From Bdellovibrionota bacterium (GTDB lineage: Bacteria > Bdellovibrionota_C > UBA2361 > CAKMMH01), in assembly GCA_050952645.1 (NCBI GenBank), contig JBMNLI010000010.1, positions 1 through 64,000 of the forward strand: a stretch of DNA of 64,000 nt, written 5' to 3'. Below the pieces are notes generated by a model. It saw nothing but the letters and a program-made list of their open reading frames with translations, made no database searches and was not told the DNA's origin. The translations under genes were made by a program, and so were the position numbers. Of this stretch, positions 55,222-64,000 are shown in pieces; the first letter of the stretch is position 1; the number at the start of each line of letters is the position of its first letter.

Positions 55222-56778
55222 TTAATTTACCCGAAACCCTAAACACTCATTTAAACATCTTAAGATAGCATTAAATTTAATTAGCATCTCACTATCGTCT
55301 ATACTATTTATACTATCACTTATACTATCATTCATACTCGCATCATCACGACTAGCATATTCTAAATAAAGAACTCCTTTCTTAATCTCATCACCAAATG
55401 GGGCACATATACAATTTGCCAAACCTCCAGTTAGAGAAAAGCCTCGATATTTTATTGGACTATCGCTATTTAATGAATTTGCAACTAATGCTATAGATGA
55501 TTTATCATTATTTCCTTTAAGATTATTATCTTCATAAAAAATTTCATCATATTTATAAAGTTCTTTCTCTCCTATTTTTAAAGTCGGAACTAACGATTTC
55601 TTCTCTTCGTTATAAATATACAAGCACCCATTTCCAAACCCCGCCTTATAAATAGTATCGTATCTTAAAATCTCTAAGGCTCTCTTAGAAAATCTATCAT
55701 TAGACATATTTACATAGACCTTTTTAAAACTATTTATAATATCATCATCACACTGAAATATAAAAGTATTCTTTCTTAACTTATTATCTGCATGCGCTAA
55801 TATGGCGTCCTTTACCTTGTCTTTAATCGACATAGTTAAGTCGAATATCTCAGGGGCGAATTTTTCATAGTATTCACACGCCTTTAAAACTTCTCTTTTT
55901 ATAACTTTTGAAATATTAGTATCCGATATCTCATCTTTAAAATCATCTAAATGATTTATAACCTCAGGGAAAATCTTAGGCTCATAAAACTTTGCTATCA
56001 TCTCTGCATCATCTATACATTTTAAAGCAACTCTATTCTGAGAATTATCGCTTTTACGAATATCTACACAATCTTTTATCTCGTTTTCAAAATTCCAACT
56101 AGAAATCAGCTCTACTATTAAATCATTTGGTGAAAAACCTAGTGCCTTTTCTATAAAATCATCTAATGCGGCTTTCGCATTACTTTGAGCTTTTAATGCT
56201 TTTGAAAATAGCCTTGGATAGTTCCAAGCGATTAAGCAATTAGCTAGCCCTCTTAGCATAGAAACGACGTATACCCAAAGTGGGTCTTCATTATTAAGCA
56301 GAGCAAACTTTTGTGAAACTTGCGTTGAAATCGCAGTGTGCTTATAAATAACTGCTTTTGCGTCCTTCATATCTTCTATGGAATGATAAGAATATTCCTT
56401 AGCGTCCTTTAAAAATATTTTTTTAAGTTCTTCTATATCGCAATTTTTTAAGAATTTAACTGGATCTATACTATCTTTAGAAGTTATAAAATTAGGCATC
56501 TCTTTAAAGATTAACGCTAGTATCGTAAAATCCATCGAGATATCTTCTAAGAATTTACCTCTATTATTATCATACACCCTAGTAATAATATTATTTTTAA
56601 TCGAATTATAAACCGCTTCATTTAAAGGCATCCAAGCCTTACACATCTTATCTAAAGCCTGTTTTAGCTCAGTTTCCTTTACGTGCATTAATGGTATATA
56701 TGATTTTATAGTATCTTTAGTCTCTTTAGGGTTTCCCCTACTAGACATTCGATATATAAAACTCTTCTTATCTTCCAC
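55222..56778 (-). CDS. HDOD-like domain protein with possible C-terminal GAF-like region
   Basis: D..ILALIFK, H.AIS..VSQKFA, SMLRGLANCLIAWNYP, LGFS..DL....ISSW resemble a degenerate HDOD; ICAPFG...GVLYLE tail. Confidence 0.55.
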   Translation of the reverse strand: MEDKKSFIYRMSSRGNPKETKDTIKSYIPLMHVKETELKQALDKMCKAWMPLNEAVYNSIKNNIITRVYDNNRGKFLEDISMDFTILALIFKEMPNFITSKDSIDPVKFLKNCDIEELKKIFLKDAKEYSYHSIEDMKDAKAVIYKHTAISTQVSQKFALLNNEDPLWVYVVSMLRGLANCLIAWNYPRLFSKALKAQSNAKAALDDFIEKALGFSPNDLIVELISSWNFENEIKDCVDIRKSDNSQNRVALKCIDDAEMIAKFYEPKIFPEVINHLDDFKDEISDTNISKVIKREVLKACEYYEKFAPEIFDLTMSIKDKVKDAILAHADNKLRKNTFIFQCDDDIINSFKKVYVNMSNDRFSKRALEILRYDTIYKAGFGNGCLYIYNEEKKSLVPTLKIGEKELYKYDEIFYEDNNLKGNNDKSSIALVANSLNSDSPIKYRGFSLTGGLANCICAPFGDEIKKGVLYLEYASRDDASMNDSISDSINSIDDSEMLIKFNAILRCLNECLGFRVN

Positions 56779-57065
56779 TAGAAGCGCTCCTAAATAGTGT
56801 CAGTTTAAAAAATTTTTTAATAATTTCTAGATTTCTAAGTATCCTAATTTAGGAAAATCGACATTTTACTTTAAAAACTTTAAATATAATCGAAATTAAA
56901 CAACTTTACTTATTGTGCATTGAAAAGAATTAAATAAACTTGTATATTATTTTTATGTATAAAATAGCGTGTTAGCAAAGTAAAACTCTGTCTAAACTCT
57001 ACTTGACTTGTGTAAACTGCAAACTAATAATAAGCAAATAATAATCAAATAATAAGGTCTAAATT

Positions 57066-58079
57066 ATGTTAATATTGCGTAAGTTTTTTTCTAAATTTTT
57101 AACTAATTTTTTTTATAAGGATATAAAAAGTATATATTTTCTTTTACTAGCGATTATTACTAATTTTACAGCGATAATTTTTACTACAAACACTTCAAAC
57201 GCTCAAGTATTCCTAGATGCGATTATCGCTACAATTAACGATACCCCAATTACACTTTCAGATATAAATAAAAAATACGACAAAAACTACACATATAACG
57301 AGCTAAAAGAAAATATAAACGCTAATAAAATAATAGATACTGCAATTCTAGATACTATTGTAGAAATGGAAGCTAAAAAGAAAAGAATTAGCGTTTCTGA
57401 AAAAGAGCTAGATAATTATATTTCACAAATAGCTAGCAAAAACTCTTTAACTGTAAATGAGTTTAAAAACGAGTTAGCAAAACAAAATATTTCGTTTAAA
57501 AATTATAAAGAACAAATAAAAAATGATATTTTAAAAACAAAAATAGCTTCTAATATTATACGAAATGGAACTGCTGTTACGGAAGAAGAGGTGGATAACT
57601 ACTTAAAAAAAGTTGCTGAAAACGATTTATTAAATAGCAAAATTTCATTAAGCCAAATTTGCGTTCTTAAAAATAATAAAAGCGAAGCAGACGCTCTTAG
57701 AATACTAAAGAACATTACTGATGATTTAAAAGATGATGATTTTAAAGATGATGATTTTAAAGATGTTGCAGAAAAATATTCCGAAACTCTAGGAGCTAAA
57801 CAAGGGGGCTTTGTAGGAGAGTTTGAGCTAAATGAATTATCGAGCGAAATTTTTAATGCAGTCTCTAATTTAAAAGAAGGCGAAACATCAAAAATTATAG
57901 ATATGGCTAACACGTATTGCATATTTAAAGTAAATAGCAAAGATGCAGCAAAAGAACCTACCGAAGAAGAAAGAAAAAAAGCGAGAGAAAAAATAGAAGA
58001 AGAGCGTTTAAAAGATGATATCAACTCTTATTTTTCTAAAGAAATTTTTAAAAATTATACTATCGATAAAAAAATATAA
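57066..58079 (+). CDS. SurA-like periplasmic chaperone/parvulin PPIase
   Basis: LDAIIATINDTPITLSD SurA N-domain; FKDVAEKYSE...GGFVG rotamase motif. Confidence 0.88.
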   Translation: MLILRKFFSKFLTNFFYKDIKSIYFLLLAIITNFTAIIFTTNTSNAQVFLDAIIATINDTPITLSDINKKYDKNYTYNELKENINANKIIDTAILDTIVEMEAKKKRISVSEKELDNYISQIASKNSLTVNEFKNELAKQNISFKNYKEQIKNDILKTKIASNIIRNGTAVTEEEVDNYLKKVAENDLLNSKISLSQICVLKNNKSEADALRILKNITDDLKDDDFKDDDFKDVAEKYSETLGAKQGGFVGEFELNELSSEIFNAVSNLKEGETSKIIDMANTYCIFKVNSKDAAKEPTEEERKKAREKIEEERLKDDINSYFSKEIFKNYTIDKKI

Positions 58080-59962
58080 TGGTTAGCAGCATAAAACCTA
58101 AAGAAAAAAATCAAATAATATTAGACAAATACTCTTTGGATTATTTCAAGCACTCCCTTATTTTTTCTTCTAATTTAAGCGATTTTAATTTTTTATATAA
58201 AAAATTAAAGAAAGATTATAAATATAAGAGCGAATGCTACAAAGCTATAAATTTTGGAGAAATTCCTAGTTTAACTATAAGCGATAATTTATTAGATAAT
58301 ATAAAAAGCGATATCCATTTTTTAGACTACAATATTACTTTTCAAGATATTTTTTCAAAGTTAAAAATACTAGATAAAATAAATGAAATTTCTAGTTTAG
58401 AATATAAATGTCCTAATTGTAGTAGCAAGCTAGTGCAAACTAATTTAGACTACTTTTCTAATGTTATTTTTAAATCTTATTTTAATGATGTTATAGCTCT
58501 TGGAATATACGATAAAGAACATTCAAAAATAGATATCAAATCTCTTTTAAAACAAAATATATTTCACATTATTTATAATAATAAACTATACGATATAGAT
58601 GAATTAGAAAAAATAGATATTAAAAATTATTACCACGTATTACATAAAATATCAGTTAAAGATATAGCTAAACTAAAAGAAAAGTTAAACGATATATATT
58701 TAAAACTAAAAAAAGATAATTTAAATATATTTGTTTTTTCTTTATCAAAAAATAAGCTAGAAACTTTTAATTTAGAAAATAATTATATTTGCTCTAATTG
58801 TTTATTTGAAACTAAGGATATAAAACTAGAAGATGCAAGGAATGTTTATTATAAGAATCTAAATTTGCATTCTATTTTAAATACACCTTTTAAAGAACTA
58901 ATTTTAAAATGTGAAAATAAAGAGATAAAAAATATATTAGAAACACTAATTTTTTACGATTTGGGCAATTTTTGCTTTAACTCTAAAATCGAAGATTATA
59001 ATTTAAGTTATATATTAAATTATATTTACATAAAAAGTAAGCTAAACATAGATGATATTTTAATACTAGAAACCCCACTATCTTTTATAAATAAAAATAC
59101 TTTAGAAAATATATTAAAAGAGCTAAAAAGTTATAGCACAATTATATTTGAAAACTGCGAAGATATTTTTAATTTTAATTTTGATAAAGTATACAAGCTT
59201 TCAGATGGAGTTAAAAAGAGCTTCTCTAAAGAAGCAAAAAACTCTACTCTTATTAAAAACAAGGTAAATATTTTTTTAAAACGTGATATAGACAGTATAG
59301 TAAAAGATGTATTAGAAAATATTGAAAGTAGCAAAAATAATGGACTAATAGCAGATTTTTCAAAAGTTATAACCATAGACCCCGTTTTTTCAAAAGATAC
59401 TACGATAATTAATGCATTAAATATTTTTTCAAAAATAAATGATATTTTTTTAAACACGACCGATGCTAAAGTTCTTGGACTTACTAGAAAAGATTTTTTA
59501 CTTAAAACTAGTAATCAAAAATTATGTCAAAAATGTTTCGGGAAAGGCAAAATAAAAGAGTTTAATGATATTTATAAAGATTGTTATAAATGTAATGGAA
59601 GTTTTTTTAACGAAGAGATTTTAAATTTAAAATTTAAAAATTTAAGTTTAAAAGAAGTTTACAACTTAAACTTAAAAGAAGCATTATCGTTTTTTGATGG
59701 TTTTTTTAAAATAACTGAGCCTTTAAGGCTTTTAGTTAATTTAGGAGTTAAAGATTTTAAACTAAATAGTAGCACCTTACTATTGACTAGCGATATTGTA
59801 AATTTAATAAATATTTGCAGTAATTTCGATAGGTTGCAAAACTCAAACTTATACATTATTAAAAATGCATTCTCTTTCTTAAGTATTTCTCAAAAATTAC
59901 GATTTATAGATGTAATGCAAGATTACATTAAGACCGATACTATAATAGTAGAAACGGTTTAG
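58079..59962 (+). CDS. Degenerate UvrA-like protein (Cys clusters kept, ATPase motifs lost)
   Basis: CPNC, CSNC, CQKCFGKG...CYKCNG; KVITID and LKEVYNLNLKEALSFF align by eye with the UvrA C-terminal half. Confidence 0.7.
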   Translation: MVSSIKPKEKNQIILDKYSLDYFKHSLIFSSNLSDFNFLYKKLKKDYKYKSECYKAINFGEIPSLTISDNLLDNIKSDIHFLDYNITFQDIFSKLKILDKINEISSLEYKCPNCSSKLVQTNLDYFSNVIFKSYFNDVIALGIYDKEHSKIDIKSLLKQNIFHIIYNNKLYDIDELEKIDIKNYYHVLHKISVKDIAKLKEKLNDIYLKLKKDNLNIFVFSLSKNKLETFNLENNYICSNCLFETKDIKLEDARNVYYKNLNLHSILNTPFKELILKCENKEIKNILETLIFYDLGNFCFNSKIEDYNLSYILNYIYIKSKLNIDDILILETPLSFINKNTLENILKELKSYSTIIFENCEDIFNFNFDKVYKLSDGVKKSFSKEAKNSTLIKNKVNIFLKRDIDSIVKDVLENIESSKNNGLIADFSKVITIDPVFSKDTTIINALNIFSKINDIFLNTTDAKVLGLTRKDFLLKTSNQKLCQKCFGKGKIKEFNDIYKDCYKCNGSFFNEEILNLKFKNLSLKEVYNLNLKEALSFFDGFFKITEPLRLLVNLGVKDFKLNSSTLLLTSDIVNLINICSNFDRLQNSNLYIIKNAFSFLSISQKLRFIDVMQDYIKTDTIIVETV

Positions 59963-60090
59963 AGTAAGTTTAAAAAAAAAGTTTTTTTAGAATCAATTAG
60001 TTAAATTTGCACGATATATTTTAAGGCTTCTAATTTAAAGCTAATTTTAAAAAGTTTAATTAAGAATTTTTATTTAATGGTTTTCTTTAT

Positions 60091-60411
60091 ATGTTAAGAT
60101 ATTTTATTAAGTTTCAAAGAAATCAAAAAGGAGAAGGAGAAGGGACTTTTATTTTTATCGTTATGGTTATCCTAGCTATTATAAGCGGTATCTTTTGGTT
60201 TATCGGATTTATAAGAGAAACTAAGCACGAAAGGGTAGAAAGAACTATAAGATTAAGAGAAGAAGAAGAAAGAAAAAAAATGATACTCGCTATGGAAAAA
60301 CACGAACCTAAGGGATATTTATACGTATATAAACCTGGAATTTGCGGAAAAGAGCCTTGCAAAATTACTAGACCTTATTTTGAAGAAGTGCACGCAAAGA
60401 TAAAGAAATAG
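60091..60411 (+). CDS. Small single-pass membrane protein
   Basis: One hydrophobic helix, charged coil, C-terminal Cys pair. Confidence 0.55.
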   Translation: MLRYFIKFQRNQKGEGEGTFIFIVMVILAIISGIFWFIGFIRETKHERVERTIRLREEEERKKMILAMEKHEPKGYLYVYKPGICGKEPCKITRPYFEEVHAKIKK

Positions 60412-60546
60412 TTCTTTACGCATTTTAAAGGTTTGCTTAAAAGATATGGACTTCAAAGTTTTGCAAAAGTTTTAGCAAAAAACTCTCACAAAACTTTCTA
60501 GATGAAGTCCATAAATAAAAGTTCTAAAACGTTTTAAAAACGAATA

Positions 60547-61122
60547 TTACTGGTTATCAATAAGTTGTTCTTCCCGAGTAGAAAAAAAACAACCAATAGA
60601 ATTAAGCTTGCCAGTATTTGCGGAAACCCAAGAAACGGTATGCCCACGAGGTGCTACTTCTTTAGCAATTTGAGGGATATTGTCTTTAATAGTCTTAATC
60701 ACATTTTTTTCATCACCGCTAGCAGACCAAGAGGATATATATACTACAAACTCACGGCTAGTTCTAACTTCCTTCCCACTCTTTAGCGTTTTTATAAAAA
60801 GACGCAATATAGGGAAAGGAATTTTACCTTCACGGCTGTAATGACTTTTTGCCAGTTCTTCCTCATTGTTAAATAACCAATTAAAAGTCGGGCTATGCCA
60901 CACGGCATTATTAATTGCTTCAGTATTGCCTTTAATACTTTTAAAAATACTTTCAAGCTCTCCTTCCGCTAGAAAAGAAGGTTTTTTAACCACTACTTGA
61001 ATTGCAAATACTCTTTTTTCCCCTTTTTTTGTTTCTCCCACGAAATACCAGAAAATTGAAGGACAATTACCTAAATTTATAATAGGAAAACCACCATCTG
61101 CCCCATTCATAACAACGAGCAC
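60547..61122 (-). CDS. Hypothetical protein, start uncertain
   Basis: 191 aa ORF downstream of dnaJ; no recognised motif. Confidence 0.45.
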   Translation of the reverse strand: MLVVMNGADGGFPIINLGNCPSIFWYFVGETKKGEKRVFAIQVVVKKPSFLAEGELESIFKSIKGNTEAINNAVWHSPTFNWLFNNEEELAKSHYSREGKIPFPILRLFIKTLKSGKEVRTSREFVVYISSWSASGDEKNVIKTIKDNIPQIAKEVAPRGHTVSWVSANTGKLNSIGCFFSTREEQLIDNQ

Positions 61123-61227
61123 TCACTTTCTATTTAATAGTGTTAATATTGTTATATTTGAACCATTGTAAAAAACCACAACGTTTTAATGACTCTATCA
61201 CAATATTATCACATTTTCAAAATATTT

Positions 61228-62361
61228 TTAAACGAACATCTTTTTTAATTTTTCAAAAAATCCCTCGTTTTCTTTGTCGGTAATTTTTGGGGCGTTTTGC
61301 TCCGTCTGCCTTAACTCTTCTAACACTTTTCTTTCTTCATCTGTAATCGATGTAGGAACATTTACGATAACTTTTATATGAAGATCGCCTCTTCTAGTAG
61401 TTCCTAAAACTTGAACTCCACGATTTTTCAACTTAAATACCTTATCAGCAGGCGTTCCTGCAGGAATTTTTAAACTTTCTTTCCCCTCTAACGTTATAAT
61501 TTCTACATCCCCACCTAAAACTAACGTAGTATAATTTACTGGTAGCTTATAAAAAAGCTCATACCCATCTCTTCTAAAAATCTTATGCTCTTTAACATTT
61601 ATATTAACATATAAATCGCCCGTAGGACCACCATTTATACCTGCTTCCCCTTCTCCTCTTAGCTTTAATCTTTGATTATCTGCGATACCTGCAGGTACTT
61701 TTACTTTTAATACTGCCTCATCTATTTTTCTCTTAGTTCCTTTACAAGTTTGACATTTATTCTGTATATATTGCCCCGACCCTCTGCAATCTGGGCACGG
61801 TCTACTTATACTAAAAAATCCTTGCTGAATTCTAACTTGCCCCGTCCCTTTACATTGAGGACACTTCTCAACGCTTGAACCTTTTTCAGCACCAGTGCCA
61901 TCACACGCATCACACTTAACTCTTCTTTTTAATTTAATCTCTTTTTCAGTTCCAAATACAGCCTCTTCAAACTCTATTTCTAGCTCGTAGACTAAATCGG
62001 CCCCGGCTTGCCCCCTAGCGCGTCCACCACCGCTTTGCATCGCACCGCCAAAAAATGAACTAAAAATATCACCAAAAATATCTTCAAAACCTGAAAAATC
62101 TCCAAATCCACCAAAACCACTAAAACCTCCATTTTGATCGAACGCCGCATGGCCAAATTGATCGTATTTAGCACGAGCATTATCATCACTTAAAACTTGA
62201 TAAGCCTCAGTAGCCTCTTTAAATTTTTCTTCAGCATCCTTATTTCCCTTATTTTTATCTGGGTGATATTTTAAAGCTAGTGCTCTATAGGATTTCTTTA
62301 TATCACTTTTGCTAGCATTTTTAGGGACTCCTAAAACTTCGTAATAATCTCTTCTTTCCAA
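61228..62361 (-). CDS. dnaJ: Chaperone DnaJ
   Basis: DYYEVLG, HPD, G/F region, four CxxCxGxG-type repeats (last one degenerate); TTG start. Confidence 0.98.
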   Translation of the reverse strand: MERRDYYEVLGVPKNASKSDIKKSYRALALKYHPDKNKGNKDAEEKFKEATEAYQVLSDDNARAKYDQFGHAAFDQNGGFSGFGGFGDFSGFEDIFGDIFSSFFGGAMQSGGGRARGQAGADLVYELEIEFEEAVFGTEKEIKLKRRVKCDACDGTGAEKGSSVEKCPQCKGTGQVRIQQGFFSISRPCPDCRGSGQYIQNKCQTCKGTKRKIDEAVLKVKVPAGIADNQRLKLRGEGEAGINGGPTGDLYVNINVKEHKIFRRDGYELFYKLPVNYTTLVLGGDVEIITLEGKESLKIPAGTPADKVFKLKNRGVQVLGTTRRGDLHIKVIVNVPTSITDEERKVLEELRQTEQNAPKITDKENEGFFEKLKKMFV

Positions 62362-62417
62362 AACGATATCCTTTTTTTACATAAATAATCTTAAAATAAG
62401 ATTATACCACAAACAAC

Positions 62418-62564
62418 AAAAAGTGTACTCAACTTACTAGTAAAAATTTTATTTCTTCACGTTTTAAGGTGGGTTTTAGGTCTTAAGAATTAGCATCGCC
62501 AACCCCAAACGTTGCCTAAAACATGAAAGATCTCAAAATTTACTCATAATTAAGTACACTTTTT
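62418..62564. repeat. Repeat family A, copy 5, inside a longer hairpin (dnaK-dnaJ spacer)
   Basis: Core at 62453-62530; outer arms AAAAAGTGTACT / AGTACACTTTTT. Confidence 0.85.
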
Positions 62565-62583
62565 AAGAGGTTATGTCAAAGAA

Positions 62584-64000
62584 TTATTTAACTTCTTCAT
62601 AATCAGCATCGACTACATCGTCATCAGCCTTCTTATCCTCAGCACTCGCTTGACCACTAGCCCCCGTAGCATCAGTGCTCGCATTATCAGACGAAGCGCT
62701 CTTATACATTTCTTCAGAAAGTTTATGGCTAGCTTTCATCAATGTTTCATAAGCATCGGTTAAAGCTTGCTTGTCTGAGTTTGAGTCCTCTAATACTTTC
62801 TTAGCATTAGTAATTTCTCTTTCAATATTTTCTTTATCTGTGCTAGAAAGTTTACCATCAAGATCTTTTATAGACTTTTCAGTCGTGTAAACTAAATTAT
62901 CTAAATTATTCTTTGCTTCAACCGCTTCCTTCTTATTCTTATCTTCCTCAGCATGAAGCTCAGCTTCTTTAACCATCTTATCGATTTCAGCCTCACTTAA
63001 TCCAGATGAAGCAGTAATCGTAATCGATTGCTCCTTACCCGTCCCCTCATCTTTTGCAGATACCGCAACGATACCATTACTATCGATCTTAAAGGTAACT
63101 CTAATTTGAGGAATACCCCTTGGAGCAGGTGGAATGCCAACGAGTTCAAAACGTCCTAAGGTTTTATTATCACTCGCCATCTCTCTTTCACCTTGTAAAA
63201 CGTGAATAGACACTGCTGGTTGATTATCTGCGGCCGTTGAGAAAACTTGTGATTTTTCTACTGGAATCGTAGTGTTCTTATCTATAAGCTTTGTAAACAC
63301 ACCTCCATAAGTTTCAATACCTAAACTTAGTGGCGTAACGTCTAACAGGAGCACGTCTTTCACATCACCTTGTAAAACACCACCTTGAATAGCAGCACCA
63401 ATAGCAACCGCTTCATCTGGGTTGATATTCTTAGAAGCCTCTTTTCCAAATATCTTTTTAACCCTTTCTTGAACGGCAGGCATACGAGTCATACCACCTA
63501 TAAGCACCACATCATGAATATCTGATGCGGAAATTCCAGCATCTTTAAGCGCTGTAAGACATGGGCCTTCCAATCTATCTAATAAATCAGTGCAAAGTTG
63601 TTCTAATTTTGAACGACTTAATTTAATATTTAAATGCTTAGGTCCAGATGCATCTGCCGTAATAAATGGTAAATTAACATCCGTCTCCATAGAAGATGAA
63701 AGTTCATGTTTAGCCTTTTCAGCAGCTTCTTTTAATCTTTGAAGCGCCATCGTATCATTTCTTAAATCGATACCATTGTCTTTTCTAAACTCATCAGCTA
63801 AATAATCTACTATCCTTAAGTCGAAGTCCTCACCACCTAAGTACGTATCACCGTTTGTAGACTTTACCTCAAAAACTCCTTCTGCTAACTCTAAAATTGA
63901 AATATCAAACGTTCCACCACCTAAGTCGAATACTGCAATGGTTTTTTCACCGCTCGATTTTTCCATACCATACGAAAGAGCGGCAGCGGTAGGCTCGTTA
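62584..64000 (-). CDS. dnaK: Chaperone DnaK, C-terminal part (5' end outside window)
   Basis: [43 protein letters not shown]. Confidence 0.99.
   Translation of the reverse strand, partial: NEPTAAALSYGMEKSSGEKTIAVFDLGGGTFDISILELAEGVFEVKSTNGDTYLGGEDFDLRIVDYLADEFRKDNGIDLRNDTMALQRLKEAAEKAKHELSSSMETDVNLPFITADASGPKHLNIKLSRSKLEQLCTDLLDRLEGPCLTALKDAGISASDIHDVVLIGGMTRMPAVQERVKKIFGKEASKNINPDEAVAIGAAIQGGVLQGDVKDVLLLDVTPLSLGIETYGGVFTKLIDKNTTIPVEKSQVFSTAADNQPAVSIHVLQGEREMASDNKTLGRFELVGIPPAPRGIPQIRVTFKIDSNGIVAVSAKDEGTGKEQSITITASSGLSEAEIDKMVKEAELHAEEDKNKKEAVEAKNNLDNLVYTTEKSIKDLDGKLSSTDKENIEREITNAKKVLEDSNSDKQALTDAYETLMKASHKLSEEMYKSASSDNASTDATGASGQASAEDKKADDDVVDADYEEVK

Noticed and set aside
58079..59962. 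Functional uvrA or a DnaJ-type zinc finger protein
   Set aside because: ABC motifs are absent and the protein is much shorter than UvrA; the Cys context follows UvrA, not DnaJ

Overview
Low-GC Gram-negative bacterial chromosome segment. The rimP-nusA-ylxR-infB-rbfA and msbA-DUF374-waaA-lpxK gene orders look deltaproteobacterial/Bdellovibrionota-like, but taxonomy is an inference. The core is housekeeping: psd (partial), three tRNAs, the nusA/infB operon, a stand-alone ftsZ, lipid A genes, the str-S10-spc ribosomal superoperon ending at secY, trpS, surA, dnaJ and dnaK (partial). The accessory part is a rearranged aryl-polyene (APE)-type type II PKS/lipid cluster (17.7-34.8 kb). It is split into two divergent arms, lacks a recognisable methyltransferase, and runs directly into the lipid A operon through a stand-alone LpxL-family acyltransferase. 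It is interrupted by a ~2.6 kb insert carrying a secreted unknown protein and a degraded Ser-rich/di-cysteine repeat gene that the ORF track largely misses. Other oddities: a dispersed MITE/REP-like repeat family, a UvrA-derived protein that keeps its Cys clusters but has lost the ABC signature, Walker B and H-loop motifs, non-canonical motifs in FtsZ, EF-Tu, uL3 and the initiator tRNA, and pervasive short tandem duplications. All calls come from reading motifs by eye; no database searches were run.
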